59,789 nt of DNA. Source: Acholeplasmataceae bacterium. Lineage in GTDB: Bacteria > Bacillota_I > Bacilli_A > Acholeplasmatales > Acholeplasmataceae. Location of the stretch: NCBI GenBank assembly GCA_024709245.1, contig JANJXB010000072.1, forward strand, positions 1 to 59,789, read 5' to 3'. The notes beneath the pieces are model-generated. The model saw only the letters and a program-made list of their open reading frames with translations. It ran no database searches and was not told the DNA's origin. The position numbers and the translations under genes were made by a program. Positions within the stretch are counted from its first letter, which is position 1, and every line of letters begins with the position of its first letter. Positions 17,968-29,443 of the stretch are shown piece by piece.

Positions 17968-18831
17968 TTATTTAGAAAACCTCTGATTGAGGATGTGTGA
18001 GAGATAGAGTTCGTGTGTATTTTCGAGTAAAGCATTAATTGTCATAGGTCCAACGCCTTTTGGAACTGGTGTGATGTAAGCGGCGATATTTTTGGCTGCT
18101 TCAAAGTCAACATCACCGACAAGTTTCCCATCTACGCGGTTCACACCGACATCGATGACAACAGAACCCGGTTTCACCATATCTCCAGTGACAAGATTCG
18201 GTTTGCCGGATGCTACAACCAAGATATCTGCTGAGAGTGTATGTGATCTTAAATCTTTGGTTTGTCTGTGGCATACCGTAATGGTTGCCCCTTGGTCCAT
18301 CAAAAGTCTTGCAACTGGAAATCCTACAATATTGGATCTTCCTACAATCACTGCATGTGCTCCTGAAATTGGAATTGCATAGGCATTGAGTAGCGTCATG
18401 ATGCCTTTGGGTGTTGCTGGATGAATGGTCGGTCTTTTTTGATAAAGATTTCCTTGATTAATCACATGGAACCCGTCGGCATCCTTATCTTTAGAGATGA
18501 GATCAATCAAGTGATTTTCATCCAAGTGTTTTGGCAGTGGCAACTGTAGAATCATACCATCGACGGATGGATCTTCATTGAGTTGTTGAATCAATCGTTC
18601 CACTTCACTTTGTTTGACATCTTCTAAAAGGGCATGAAGCTTATGCTTGATGCCTGCAACTTCACATGCTTTGCCTTTCCCTTTGACATAGGACATGCTT
18701 GCTGGATTCTCACCCACCAAAATGATGGCAAGATGTGGAGCTCTGCCATACTTTTCTACCTCTTGATCAATGACTGTTCTCAGTGCAAGATTGCGTTCTG
18801 ATGCAACCTTGAACCCATCCAGTAAAATCAT
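17968..18831 (-). CDS. folD: Bifunctional methylene-THF dehydrogenase/cyclohydrolase
   Basis: LQLPLP, KDADGFH, GRSNIVG and ITPVPKGVGPMT motifs. Start refined to 18831. Confidence 0.97.
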   Translation of the reverse strand: MILLDGFKVASERNLALRTVIDQEVEKYGRAPHLAIILVGENPASMSYVKGKGKACEVAGIKHKLHALLEDVKQSEVERLIQQLNEDPSVDGMILQLPLPKHLDENHLIDLISKDKDADGFHVINQGNLYQKRPTIHPATPKGIMTLLNAYAIPISGAHAVIVGRSNIVGFPVARLLMDQGATITVCHRQTKDLRSHTLSADILVVASGKPNLVTGDMVKPGSVVIDVGVNRVDGKLVGDVDFEAAKNIAAYITPVPKGVGPMTINALLENTHELYLSHILNQRFSK

Positions 18832-18835
18832 AGAA

Positions 18836-20431
18836 TCACTCCTCTTTGTCTGATACTCTACCTTCAGCATCAATCATGACACTCATTGCTCTTGGTGTTT
18901 TATTCAAACCTGGCATGACCATGATGCCTTTCGTCAGTGCAACTAAGAAACCCGCACCTAAAGAAGGTCTGATTTCTGAAATATTCAGTGTAAAGGGTTC
19001 AGGTAATCCATGAATAGCGGGATCTCCAGTGATTGAAAGTGGCGTTTTAGCCATACAAACCGGTAGATTCCAACCCAGTTTTTCATAGGTTTCCAATTGT
19101 TGAAGTGCCTTCTTGGTAAATACAACTTCTTTGGCACCATAGATCTTGGTTGCTATCTTTTCAATCTTTAATTTGGGGAGATCTTCTTTGTTATAAATGG
19201 GATGAATGACAGATTTCTGTTCTGCGATTTTGACAACGATATTGGCAAGATCGACCATGCCTTCGCCACCCTTGGCAAAACCTTCACAAAGTGCGATTGG
19301 ATGTCCATTTTCTTTTGCCCAGGAAAGCATGTAGTCCACTTCTTCCTTGACATCATTAAAATAATAATTGACTGCAATGACATATGGAAGACCGATCGTT
19401 CTTATGTTCGATAAATGCTTATTTAAAAGAGGTAACCCTTGTTTCATGGCCTCTAAATTGGGTAATGAGAATTGCTCAGCACCACCATGTGATTTCAAAG
19501 CTCGCAGAGTTGTCACGATAACGACTGCATCCACTGATTTACCAAGTTGTGGAACTTTGATGTCTAAAAACTTTTCCATGCCTAAATCTGCACCAAATCC
19601 TGCTTCAGTGACTGCATAGTCACCCAGTTTCAGTGCGAGTTTGGTTGCAACAATCGAGTTGCATCCGTGTGCAATATTGGCAAACGGGCCAGCGTGAACA
19701 AAGGTCGGTACACCATCAAGTGTTTGGACCAAATTAGGATTCATAGCATCTTTCAAGAGCCACACGAGTGCATCAGCACCCCCTAAGTCTTTGACAAAGA
19801 CGGGTTGTTGTTCTTTGTTATATCCAATCAAAATTCGATTGATACGATCTTTTAAGTCCATCAAGTCTTTCGATAATGCTAAAATGGCCATGATTTCACT
19901 GGCTGCAGTAATGACAAAACCATCCTTGCGTTGAGGGGTTTCAATTTCACGCAAATTGCGGTCATTCATGTCCATACAACGTTTCCAAGTCACGGTTTCT
20001 AGATTGAGTTCATTGCCTTGGAACATATGGTTATCAATAAGGGCAGCAAGCAAATTGTTGGCTGCAGTGATGGCATGAAGATCTCCTGTAAAATGCAAAT
20101 TAATGTCATCTGAAGGTACAACACTCGATTTACCACCGCCAGTTGCGCCACCTTTTAAGCCAAATACAGGCCCCAAACTGGGTTCTCTCAGTGCTAAAAC
20201 TGGATGTTTTCCAATGTGTTTCAAACCTTGTGATAAGCCAATCGAAATCGTTGTTTTTCCTTCACCAGCGGGTGTTGGATTGATGGCTGTCACCAAAATC
20301 AGTTTGCCATCTGGTTGATGTTCGAGACGTTTTAAAACCTTCAAATCAATTTTGGCCTTGTCAAAGCCATAAGGAATGCACTCTTCTGGAGCGACTCCCA
20401 TTTGTTCGCACAATGATGCAATTTTAATCAT
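18836..20431 (-). CDS. fhs: Formate--tetrahydrofolate ligase
   Basis: TAINPTPAGEGKTT, KGGATGGG, GPFANIAHGCNS and TEAGFGADLG motifs. Confidence 0.97.
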   Translation of the reverse strand: MIKIASLCEQMGVAPEECIPYGFDKAKIDLKVLKRLEHQPDGKLILVTAINPTPAGEGKTTISIGLSQGLKHIGKHPVLALREPSLGPVFGLKGGATGGGKSSVVPSDDINLHFTGDLHAITAANNLLAALIDNHMFQGNELNLETVTWKRCMDMNDRNLREIETPQRKDGFVITAASEIMAILALSKDLMDLKDRINRILIGYNKEQQPVFVKDLGGADALVWLLKDAMNPNLVQTLDGVPTFVHAGPFANIAHGCNSIVATKLALKLGDYAVTEAGFGADLGMEKFLDIKVPQLGKSVDAVVIVTTLRALKSHGGAEQFSLPNLEAMKQGLPLLNKHLSNIRTIGLPYVIAVNYYFNDVKEEVDYMLSWAKENGHPIALCEGFAKGGEGMVDLANIVVKIAEQKSVIHPIYNKEDLPKLKIEKIATKIYGAKEVVFTKKALQQLETYEKLGWNLPVCMAKTPLSITGDPAIHGLPEPFTLNISEIRPSLGAGFLVALTKGIMVMPGLNKTPRAMSVMIDAEGRVSDKEE

Positions 20432-20450
20432 ATTTTTCTCCCTTTATATG

Positions 20451-20478
20451 AAAAAGTATCTTGCTCGAAGATACTTTT
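20451..20478 (-). terminator. Intrinsic terminator after pflA
   Basis: AAAAGTATC/GATACTTTT inverted repeat with a T-run. Confidence 0.65.
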
Positions 20479-20493
20479 ATTATAACATAGTAT

Positions 20494-21243
20494 TCAAGTT
20501 CGAAAACGATAATCACGCTTGAGGATGGTTTCTGCAAGTTCAATACTTTCGAAGGAGGGTTCTTTGATTTCGGGTAAAGGATAGGCGAATCCGAGTTCCT
20601 TCCACTTCGTGATTCCTTTGGTATGATAGGGCAGTATTTCGATTCCTATCACATTCGAAAGTGTGTCTAAAAATGATCTTAATTGCTTCAAATGCTTTTC
20701 ATCGTCTGTGATGGTAGGTACTAGAACGTGGCGGATGATCACTTTAACTTTGAGTTCATCTAGGAATCGTGCAAAATCCAAGACTTGTGTGTTTGGGCTT
20801 CCGGTTAATGCTTGATGTGCTTTGTTGTCAATATGCTTGATGTCAAGTAAAACTAAGTCAGTTAACGACATCAAGTGTTTGAAATCACTCGATTCTTTGA
20901 CTGAGAAACAAGCTGCAGAAGTATCTAAACAGGTATGAATGCCTTCGTTTTTAGCCAGTATAAAAAGCTCAATGAGTCCCTTCATTTGTAGAAGAGGTTC
21001 TCCCCCGGAGACAGTGATACCCCCTTTTTTATAGAAAGACTTATATTTCTTATAATCGGCGATGATTTCTGAAACTGACATCATTTTGTTGACTCTAGTG
21101 CTCCATGTATCACGGTTATGACAATACTGGCATTGGAAAGGACAACCTTGTAAGAATAAGACATAACGAATGCCGGGACCATCGAATGCACCAAAGGTTT
21201 CGATGGAATGTACATTCAAAAAGGATTCATTAGATGGTTTCAT
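20494..21243 (-). CDS. pflA: Pyruvate formate-lyase activating enzyme (radical SAM)
   Basis: [23 protein letters not shown] and SGGEP motifs. Start probably 21243, overlapping the pflB end. Confidence 0.95.
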   Translation of the reverse strand: MKPSNESFLNVHSIETFGAFDGPGIRYVLFLQGCPFQCQYCHNRDTWSTRVNKMMSVSEIIADYKKYKSFYKKGGITVSGGEPLLQMKGLIELFILAKNEGIHTCLDTSAACFSVKESSDFKHLMSLTDLVLLDIKHIDNKAHQALTGSPNTQVLDFARFLDELKVKVIIRHVLVPTITDDEKHLKQLRSFLDTLSNVIGIEILPYHTKGITKWKELGFAYPLPEIKEPSFESIELAETILKRDYRFRT

Positions 21244-23491
21244 GGAAGGTTCTCGAGATGACTTCCTTCTTCTGCTCATTGGTCAGATTCGAGAAGTTCA
21301 CGGCATAACCGGAGACGCGAATCGTCAAGTTGGGGTATTTTTCGGGGTGGTTGTATGCGTCAATCAGCATGTCGCGATTGAAAATATTGACATTCAGGTG
21401 GTATCCACCACTGGTGAAGTAGCCATCAAGGATGTTGACTAAATTCTCAACTTTGATGTCTCCTTCGTAAGTGAATCCATCTGCGGATTCAATGCCACTC
21501 CCTTTGCCAAGTGCTTGAGGGACGAGCGTAAAGGTGTTGGAAATACCGTCTTGACAGCTTTCACATGGAATCTTAGTGACAGACATGAGTGATTTTAATG
21601 CACCTGATTTATCTCTACCGTGCATCGGATTCGCACCTGGAGCAAATGCTTCGCCTTTTCTTCTACCATCGGGTGTATTTCCTGTTTTCTTACCATAAAC
21701 CACATTGGAAGTGATGGTCAAAACACTCATTGTGGGTACAGATTCACGGTAGGTATATTGATTTCTAATCTTACTCATGAAACGTTCAACAACATAGACC
21801 GCCAATTGGTCGACACGGTCATCATTATTGCCATAATAGGGGAATTCACCTGTTGTTTCGAAATCGGTAATTAAACCTGAGGCATCATAAATGGGCTTGA
21901 CTTTAGCATATTTGATGGCTGATAAAGAATCTGCAACCACCGATAAACCTGCAATACCGGTTGCAAAATTTCTGACAACTTCAGCATCATGAAGTGCCAT
22001 TTGAAGTCTTTCATACGCATATTTATCGTGCATATAATGAATGATGTTGAGTGCAGAAACATAAGTTTTCGCAAGCCAATCCATCATCTGATCAAAGCGT
22101 TCCATTACAACATCAAAATCCAGTACATCCGCTTTTAATACTTCTGTATTGGGGCCAATCTGTTCACCAGTGATTTCATCTTTTCCACCATTGATTGCGT
22201 AGAGTAATGCTTTACCTAAATTGGCGCGAGCGCCGAAAAATTGCATTTCTTTACCGAGTGCCATGGGCGATACACAGCAGGCAATACCATAGTCATCAGT
22301 ATGGTTGGGTCTCATCTGTTCATCATTTTCATATTGGATGGATGATGTATCAATCGAAACTTTAGCACAGAAGTTTTTGAAGTTTTGGGGTAAATTTTCA
22401 CTCCATAAAACGGTTAGGTTGGGTTCTGCAGATGTTCCTAAATTATAAAGTGTTTGTAAGTAGCGATATGCGTTCTTGGTAACCCATGAACGACCATCCT
22501 GATTCATACCGGCTAAACTTTCAGTGACCCATGTTGGATCTCCTGTGAAGAGTTCATTGTATTCAGGGGTTCTTGCAAAACGGACCATTCTGAGTTTCAT
22601 AATGAAATGATCAATGAGTTCTTGTGCATCGATTTCACTTAAAATACCCTCTTTTAAGTCTCTTTCAATGTAGATGTCTAAGAAGGATGCTGTTCTCCCT
22701 AAGCTCATCGCTGCACCGTTTTGTTCTTTGACAGCAGCGAGATAAGCGAAATAGAGCCATTGAACGGCTTCAGTCGCGTTTTCTGCAGGTCTTGATAAGT
22801 CAAAACCATAGGAAGTTCCTAGCTTTTTGAGATCTTCTAATGCATTGATTTGTTCTTGTAGTTCTTCACGAAGACGAATATTTCGCTCATTCATTGGAAA
22901 ACTGTATGTGGTTTTTTCTGCTTTCTTTTGTTGTACCAGGAAGTCAATCCCATAGAGTGCGACTCTTCTGTAATCACCAATGATTCGTCCTCTGCCATAT
23001 CCATCAGGAAGACCTGTCACGATTCCCGATTTTCTCGCTTTTCTGATATCGGAATTATAGACATCAAATACACCTTGATTGTGTGTCTTTCGATATTCCG
23101 TAAAAATATGTTTTAAATCGTCAGAAATATGATAACCATAGGATTCTGCGGCTTTTACAGCAACAGCAATCCCTCCATAGGGATGAAAAGCGCGCTTAAA
23201 GGGTTTATCCGTCTGGAGACCTACAATCTTTTCAAGTGATTTGTCCATATAACCTGGACCATGAGATGTGATGGATGCGACAACATGGGTATCGAGTTCG
23301 ATCACTCCACCCTTTTGTTTTTCTTCTTCTAGATATCCTAAAAACAACTCATTCAAGCGAATACTTGCTGCGGTTGGACCTTGCAAGAATGATGAGTCTC
23401 CTAAATATTCAGTGTAATTTAAACTCATAAAATCACGGACATTGACTGTTTTTGTCCACTGTCCTTCTTTGAAACCTTTCCATGCATTCAT
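21230..23491 (-). CDS. pflB: Pyruvate formate-lyase (formate acetyltransferase)
   Basis: IACCVS catalytic Cys pair and [10 protein letters not shown] glycyl radical motif. Confidence 0.98.
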   Translation of the reverse strand: MNAWKGFKEGQWTKTVNVRDFMSLNYTEYLGDSSFLQGPTAASIRLNELFLGYLEEEKQKGGVIELDTHVVASITSHGPGYMDKSLEKIVGLQTDKPFKRAFHPYGGIAVAVKAAESYGYHISDDLKHIFTEYRKTHNQGVFDVYNSDIRKARKSGIVTGLPDGYGRGRIIGDYRRVALYGIDFLVQQKKAEKTTYSFPMNERNIRLREELQEQINALEDLKKLGTSYGFDLSRPAENATEAVQWLYFAYLAAVKEQNGAAMSLGRTASFLDIYIERDLKEGILSEIDAQELIDHFIMKLRMVRFARTPEYNELFTGDPTWVTESLAGMNQDGRSWVTKNAYRYLQTLYNLGTSAEPNLTVLWSENLPQNFKNFCAKVSIDTSSIQYENDEQMRPNHTDDYGIACCVSPMALGKEMQFFGARANLGKALLYAINGGKDEITGEQIGPNTEVLKADVLDFDVVMERFDQMMDWLAKTYVSALNIIHYMHDKYAYERLQMALHDAEVVRNFATGIAGLSVVADSLSAIKYAKVKPIYDASGLITDFETTGEFPYYGNNDDRVDQLAVYVVERFMSKIRNQYTYRESVPTMSVLTITSNVVYGKKTGNTPDGRRKGEAFAPGANPMHGRDKSGALKSLMSVTKIPCESCQDGISNTFTLVPQALGKGSGIESADGFTYEGDIKVENLVNILDGYFTSGGYHLNVNIFNRDMLIDAYNHPEKYPNLTIRVSGYAVNFSNLTNEQKKEVISRTFHETI

Positions 23492-23539
23492 GGCTATTCC
23501 TCCTACAATAATGAAATGATCATCGTGTTTTGCATGTTC

Positions 23540-23604
23540 ATTATATCGAATTGAAAACCATGAAACAAATGAAACTATAATGAAAATCGATGAAAACGTT
23601 TTTC
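23540..23604 (-). promoter_or_regulatory. pflB promoter overlapped by five phased TGAAA repeats and a cre/LacI-like site
   Basis: TATAAT at 23545-23540. Plus-strand TGAAA at 23552, 23561, 23570, 23581 and 23591; TGAAAACGTTTTTC at 23591-23604. Confidence 0.5.
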
Positions 23605-23654
23605 TTATTATTTAATAATAAATAGTATAAAAAAGGCCGCTTTCACGGCATTAT

Positions 23655-24137
23655 CTATGCGATTTGTAGATAAAGGATAACTCCTAAAACCACTGAAGTC
23701 AAACCAATGATGGTCGTGATGAAGGTAAACCATCCTTGACGATATGTTCTTTCTGCAATCCAGCCAAGGATGAACATCAACCCGCTTAATCCTAAAGCAA
23801 CCAAGGTACTCAATCCTAAAAGTTGAAGTAAGAAAATACTGATTTCACCGTCATAGAATTCAATGTAGGTTAGTAATAATCCAATCGGGTAAAGATGAAT
23901 CAAATTCGGATAGAGCATGGATTGAAGTTTTCGATTGAATCTTTGTTTGGCATTCATGATGATGTTCATGATCATATTCAAAATCACCATAAAGACTGGA
24001 ATGATCAGAATCGCAGTCCACCGGATAAGGATTTCCTGATCAAACCTAAACTTCAATGAGAAAAAATAAAGAACAGCACCCATCACACCCATGAATGTTA
24101 AAAGTGACGCAAATGCCTGATAGTACCATCGTTTCAT
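23655..24137 (-). CDS. Hypothetical integral membrane protein (~5 TM)
   Basis: Hydrophobic ORF; ATG 24137 behind GGGGG. Confidence 0.7.
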   Translation of the reverse strand: MKRWYYQAFASLLTFMGVMGAVLYFFSLKFRFDQEILIRWTAILIIPVFMVILNMIMNIIMNAKQRFNRKLQSMLYPNLIHLYPIGLLLTYIEFYDGEISIFLLQLLGLSTLVALGLSGLMFILGWIAERTYRQGWFTFITTIIGLTSVVLGVILYLQIA

Positions 24138-24233
24138 ACAGACCCCCAAGATATCGTTTGTTTTCTTTAGGATACCATGAATGAGTCACCCTATCATCAC
24201 CTAAAAATGAAAAAGCCCAGACAGGGCTTCCAT

Positions 24234-25424
24234 TTAAAGATTTAAAATTGTTTTGATTTTCTGGGGTAATCCTTCAATATCCTTGAGTGAAAGACTGCAT
24301 AAAGCAAATCTTACACCGCCATTCATTGGAACTCCAAAAATGCGATGTTCTGCTAACTTTAAATAATCTTTTTCAGGATCTTTCGTTAACACGACTGTAT
24401 AAAACCCGCTTCTAAAGGGATGAGTCTTCAGTCCAATCGCTTTTGCCTGGCTGACAAATGACTGACTGCGTTTTTGAACAAGTGTGTTGATCTTCGCTAA
24501 ATCTTTTAAGAAGTTTTTCTTGTTTTCAGCAATTTGGAATTTGTTAAAGAGTTCAATGGATGCAGTTGGAGCAGCTGACCATGAACCTCTGGCTTCATTG
24601 ACATACTTCGGATAAGCCGCCTTGACTTTATCTTCATTTGAAGAAATCATAATGGCTGCACCCAGTCTTAGACCATAAGCACCAAATGTCTTGGATCCAG
24701 AGAACCCAATGATGGTGAGTACATGACTTTGAAGCATGGGTAGATGCGAAATCTTGATTCTGTTATCGGATTCATGAGAGTATTCAAGATAAGCCAGATC
24801 ATACAGGAACACAATACTGTTGTCTTTCATTTCATTCAAGATATAAATAATATCCTTGAACTCCTGTTCGGATAATGTGAATCCCGTTGGATTATGGCAA
24901 GGATCATTGACAATCACAATCACTTCATGCTGCTTCTTACATAATTCTACAAGTCGTTCACGAAATGATTTCAAATTGAAATGGTCGCCATCAAAGAGTT
25001 GATGCTCAAACACATTCAGTTTTGCACGATCTGCAAACCGTTCATACTGCCAGCGAATATCTGAAACAAAAATAGAATCACCTGGCTTAGAAAAAATCGA
25101 GAAAGTTGCTGCAATCGCCCCGCTGCCACCGGGCGTTGCACACGCATTGATAAACATGTGTTTCCGAATGCTTTCTTCATACTGACCCAGTACCCAAGAA
25201 ATGACATTTTTCTTGAAAATCATTCCCCCATCGACTGCCGGATAGGGTAAAATCTCTTCGTCTGTCAATCCCTTTATTGCTTTGGATACGGTTGGCATGC
25301 CTCCGATGGTTTTGTCTTCATCGTAAAACATACCAATGGATGCGTTGATCACGTCGTCATACTTTTTTGACGCCTCGATCGCATCCTTGGAAATCTTTAA
25401 AATATCTACTGCCACATCGATCAC
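24234..25424 (-). CDS. PLP-dependent aminotransferase class I/II
   Basis: TPGGSGA, NDPCHNPTG, DLAY and SGSKTFGAYGLRLG (PLP lysine) motifs. Confidence 0.9.
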   Translation of the reverse strand: MIDVAVDILKISKDAIEASKKYDDVINASIGMFYDEDKTIGGMPTVSKAIKGLTDEEILPYPAVDGGMIFKKNVISWVLGQYEESIRKHMFINACATPGGSGAIAATFSIFSKPGDSIFVSDIRWQYERFADRAKLNVFEHQLFDGDHFNLKSFRERLVELCKKQHEVIVIVNDPCHNPTGFTLSEQEFKDIIYILNEMKDNSIVFLYDLAYLEYSHESDNRIKISHLPMLQSHVLTIIGFSGSKTFGAYGLRLGAAIMISSNEDKVKAAYPKYVNEARGSWSAAPTASIELFNKFQIAENKKNFLKDLAKINTLVQKRSQSFVSQAKAIGLKTHPFRSGFYTVVLTKDPEKDYLKLAEHRIFGVPMNGGVRFALCSLSLKDIEGLPQKIKTILNL

Positions 25425-25431
25425 CTCTATC

Positions 25432-28400
25432 TTAATTATAAATCAAGTCGTCTAAAAACAGGTCATACAAATAGAGCCAGTGGTTCTTTTCATATTTCGT
25501 TACCATCATGATATGAATATGACCTTTCAAGTAAGCGAGTCTAACACTTGGCTTAAATGCACTTGCTTTATCAAAGAGTTTTGAACCATTCATGGTTTGA
25601 GAAGCTTCCATCGATAAAATCAGTGTAACCTGATTGTGTTCAACGATGGTTTTTTGGACACCGATTTTCGATGATAGTTTTTTAAATAGTTTTTCATACA
25701 TATATAGAAGTAAATCTGCATCAAGTGCACCGAATCGGTCAGTGAGTTCGAGTTTCAAGTCATCAACATCCGAAACACGATTTAATTCTGCAATGCGCTT
25801 GTGGATTTCGATACGAATCGAATCTTCTGAAACATAGGAAGGATCGACATGTCTCGGTGCAAATATCTCATCAGGTCTCGTATCTTTGGGTTTTTCCAGT
25901 GGAACACCCGTGACTGCTTCTTCCAAGAGTTTCATATATAGTTCTATTCCAACCGAATCGATAAAACCAGATTGCTCTGAGCCCAACACATCACCAGCAC
26001 CACGAATTGATAAATCTCTCATGGCAATCTTAAAACCACTGCCGAGTGCAGTGAAATCTTGAATGGCTGATAATCGTTTCTTGGCTTCGTCGTTGATGTT
26101 TCGGTAAGCATCATACATTAAATATGCATACGCGATACGGTCGCTTCTTCCGACACGACCTCTGATTTGATAAAGTTGGGAAAGTCCTAATTTGTCTGCA
26201 TCGTGAATGATGAGTGTGTTGGTATTCGGAATATCGACACCGGTTTCGATGATGGTCGTTGAGACTAAGACATCGTATTCATGATCAATAAATTCAGAGA
26301 GTACGGATTCGAGTTGTTCTCGGTTCATTTGACCGTGTGCGTATGCGATACGAGCCTCCGGAACAAGTTTTTGTAGTTTATAAACCATGCCTTCAATACC
26401 TTGAACTGTATTGAAAAGATAGAACACCTGACCCCCTCTTGCAAGTTCTCTGGTGATGGCTTCCTTGATCAGGGCTTCTTGTCTTTCGACGACATAGGTT
26501 TGAACAGGGTACCTGTTTCTTGGGGGTGTCTCAATCATGGATAAATCTTTTAATCCCATCATTGACATTTGTAAGGTTCTTGGAATAGGGGTAGCTGATA
26601 ATGTGAGGGTATCGACATTGACCCTAATCTCTCTGATCTTCTCTTTATGTTCAACACCAAAGCGCTGTTCTTCATCCACAATCAGTAATCCTAAGTCTTT
26701 GAACTTAACATCTTCTGAAAGTAATCGATGTGTTCCAATGACAACATCAACATAGCCTTTCTTCAGTCCTTCGATGGTTTCTTTTTGTTTCTTAGGAGTC
26801 ACAAAGCGGCTTAACAAAGCGACATTCGCGCCATATTTATCAAAACGTTCCTTGAAGGTATAGTAATGTTGCCGTGCTAAAACCGTGGTAGGCACAAGAT
26901 AGAGAACCTGCTTGGCCGACATAACTGCTTTGAATGCTGCGCGAAGCGCGACTTCAGTTTTTCCAAAACCGACGTCGCCACAAATCAACCTGTCCATCGG
27001 ACGCTCGAGTTCCATATCATGCTTGGTATCTAAGATTGCTTTTTCTTGATCTCTTGTTGTTTCATACTGAAAATCACGTTCAAATTGAACTTGCATTTCG
27101 CTGTCTTTATCGAAGGAATAACCAACACTTTGCTGACGCTGTGCATACAGTGCAATGAGGCGATCCGATAAATCCTTGATTTTCATTCGGACAGATGCCT
27201 TCGTCTTTGACCACTGCTTTCCTCCGAGTTTGGATAGTTTCGGATGCATGCCATCATGACTGCTGTATTTTAAAACCATATCAATCTGATCCATAGGTAC
27301 ATAAAGTGCTTCATCGTTGGCGTAAATGATATGGAGATAATCTCTTTTCTCCTTCGACAATTCCATCGTCTTCATTCCAACATATTGACCGATTCCGTAA
27401 TCATAATGAACGACAAAATCGCCGACAGTCAAGTCTTCGATTCTTCTTATTTTCGTTGCTTGATTCAAGACGCTTCGATAACGAATGGCAGGTCTGACCT
27501 TATAGGTAAATAACTGTGATTCATCAAGCATCATGAATTGGTCTTCTCTGGATATAAAAGAACCCAATGTTGTTTGATTCCACAAGATGATTCCTGACTC
27601 AGGGGTGAGTGTGGTTCGATATTTCATATGCTTTTCATCTAAAAATGACATCATCTGGTCATAATAATGCTTCGTGCGAATGCCTAAGACAATAGTATAG
27701 GATGGCATATCTTTGACATCAAGATGGAACAGTGGTAGGTTTCCTTGATACTGATTGGTCATGGAAACACCTAAGTCTATGGCGTGTTGAACATCATGGA
27801 TCCCGAATGGATCGATTTCAACGTGAACTTCCTTTAATTGCTTTTCAAATGGAATCCGAAAAGGGATTTCAAGAAAATGAGATCCATTCATCGTAGTCGC
27901 ATAAGTCATCAAATCCGATGCAATCGCTTCTTCATTGATCTTCATTTTGTTGACGTCCATCATGTAAATCTTCCGATTTAAACTGAAATCTAAAACCGTG
28001 GTTTCTTCTTCATTGAAGAAAGGCATATAAATCCCAAGTCCATCAATTTTGGTACGCATCTCAATGTGTTCTAAATCAGAGTTTAATTTTTCTCTTTCTC
28101 GTTCTGATAAGTTCTTATGTGCAAAAAAGGATGTAATCTTTGAAATCGCACTTATTTTCATCTGATCTGTGTAGAAAAGTTCGTTCATTGGGGCAATTTC
28201 AACTCGATCGATTTCAGCATGACTTCTTTGAGTTTCAACATCAAAAATCTTGATTTGATCCAAGACATCATCAAAAAAGTCAAGGCGATAGGGTTGATCA
28301 TGATTGAGCGTATAGACGTCTAAAATATGTCCTCGAATGGAAAATTCACCTGGTTTTTCCACAGTATACGATTTTGCATAACCACTATAGACTAAAAATT

Positions 28401-28845
28401 GAACGAGTTTATCCAGTGGATACGATTGGCCTTTTTCAAGTTTTTTAACACTGTTTTGATAATCCTGTGGTTTGAGTTGTCTTTGACATATCCCTTGGAG
28501 CGTTGTTACAACAACAAAAGGTTTACCTGTCATCAGCTGTTTGAGTGTATAGATACGTTCGCTTTTGAATTCTGGACTTCCGAGTGCCATCATCGATGTA
28601 AGTGTCTGATCAGCGGGATAAAAAAGCACATCATCCGGATCAAGCAATTGACTCATTGTGTCGTAATACTTTTGAGCCTCATAGAGATTCGAAGTCACGA
28701 TAAAGACGGTTTCTTGGTTTTCTTTGAAATCAAGTGCACACAGATAGGCATTATACGTATCGGTTGAAGACTTAAAAAACATCGTTTTCGATGTTTTTTG
28801 AATATGTCTTTTCATGTGTGTCCGTGCTTTTAGATACTCAAGCAT
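25432..28845 (-). CDS. mfd: Transcription-repair coupling factor Mfd
   Basis: RID (VVHYDYGIGQY), MDRLICGDVGFGKTEVA, DEEQRFGV, QIRGRVGR and TRG (DLSIRGAGD) motifs. Confidence 0.97.
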   Translation of the reverse strand: MLEYLKARTHMKRHIQKTSKTMFFKSSTDTYNAYLCALDFKENQETVFIVTSNLYEAQKYYDTMSQLLDPDDVLFYPADQTLTSMMALGSPEFKSERIYTLKQLMTGKPFVVVTTLQGICQRQLKPQDYQNSVKKLEKGQSYPLDKLVQFLVYSGYAKSYTVEKPGEFSIRGHILDVYTLNHDQPYRLDFFDDVLDQIKIFDVETQRSHAEIDRVEIAPMNELFYTDQMKISAISKITSFFAHKNLSEREREKLNSDLEHIEMRTKIDGLGIYMPFFNEEETTVLDFSLNRKIYMMDVNKMKINEEAIASDLMTYATTMNGSHFLEIPFRIPFEKQLKEVHVEIDPFGIHDVQHAIDLGVSMTNQYQGNLPLFHLDVKDMPSYTIVLGIRTKHYYDQMMSFLDEKHMKYRTTLTPESGIILWNQTTLGSFISREDQFMMLDESQLFTYKVRPAIRYRSVLNQATKIRRIEDLTVGDFVVHYDYGIGQYVGMKTMELSKEKRDYLHIIYANDEALYVPMDQIDMVLKYSSHDGMHPKLSKLGGKQWSKTKASVRMKIKDLSDRLIALYAQRQQSVGYSFDKDSEMQVQFERDFQYETTRDQEKAILDTKHDMELERPMDRLICGDVGFGKTEVALRAAFKAVMSAKQVLYLVPTTVLARQHYYTFKERFDKYGANVALLSRFVTPKKQKETIEGLKKGYVDVVIGTHRLLSEDVKFKDLGLLIVDEEQRFGVEHKEKIREIRVNVDTLTLSATPIPRTLQMSMMGLKDLSMIETPPRNRYPVQTYVVERQEALIKEAITRELARGGQVFYLFNTVQGIEGMVYKLQKLVPEARIAYAHGQMNREQLESVLSEFIDHEYDVLVSTTIIETGVDIPNTNTLIIHDADKLGLSQLYQIRGRVGRSDRIAYAYLMYDAYRNINDEAKKRLSAIQDFTALGSGFKIAMRDLSIRGAGDVLGSEQSGFIDSVGIELYMKLLEEAVTGVPLEKPKDTRPDEIFAPRHVDPSYVSEDSIRIEIHKRIAELNRVSDVDDLKLELTDRFGALDADLLLYMYEKLFKKLSSKIGVQKTIVEHNQVTLILSMEASQTMNGSKLFDKASAFKPSVRLAYLKGHIHIMMVTKYEKNHWLYLYDLFLDDLIYN

Positions 28846-28873
28846 ATGATCCTCTAGAAACGAAAACCCAAAC

Positions 28874-29443
28874 CTACGTCTGGGTATTGTATTTGGTCAT
28901 AATATCCTTGAAGGATACTTGATTGATGAATGCTTCAATGATTTCAAGGGATGACCGAATTGATTTTTGTAGGGTAATCAATTGATCTTCCGTGAAATTG
29001 CCTAAGACATACTGGTCAAGCGGAATATGGGGTTGGTTATCAACACCAATTCTGACACGCTTGAATGCCTCTGAATGAAGTAATCCAATGATGTTTTTCA
29101 GTCCGTTGTGCCCACCATGACCACCGACTTCTCTTAATCTCAATTTTCCAGTTTCAAGATTGACATCATCCACAAAGATCAAGATATCATCGATAGAAAT
29201 ATCGTAATATGCCATGATTTTTTGGATAGCTTCACCGGATAAATTCATATAGGTGGATGGTTTAGCAAAGCAGACTTTCTGTCCACTGATGTTGGTGATT
29301 GCAACTTCAGCAACAAACTTTGAATCCAATCGAGCAGTTTCTCCCAGTTTCTTCAGCATCTCGTCGATCACCATGAAGCCGATGTTGTGTCTGGTTTTCT
29401 GATATTTGCTTCCTGGATTGCCTAGCCCTACAATCAGTTTCAT
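28874..29443 (-). CDS. pth: Peptidyl-tRNA hydrolase
   Basis: [22 protein letters not shown] and GGHNGLK motifs. Confidence 0.97.
   Translation of the reverse strand: MKLIVGLGNPGSKYQKTRHNIGFMVIDEMLKKLGETARLDSKFVAEVAITNISGQKVCFAKPSTYMNLSGEAIQKIMAYYDISIDDILIFVDDVNLETGKLRLREVGGHGGHNGLKNIIGLLHSEAFKRVRIGVDNQPHIPLDQYVLGNFTEDQLITLQKSIRSSLEIIEAFINQVSFKDIMTKYNTQT

Noticed and set aside
17628-17975. 115-aa plus-strand ORF across the folD-ppa gap
   Set aside because: Overlaps the ppa start and folD end, has no RBS or motif, and the region is explained by the minus-strand promoter, aptamer and terminator.
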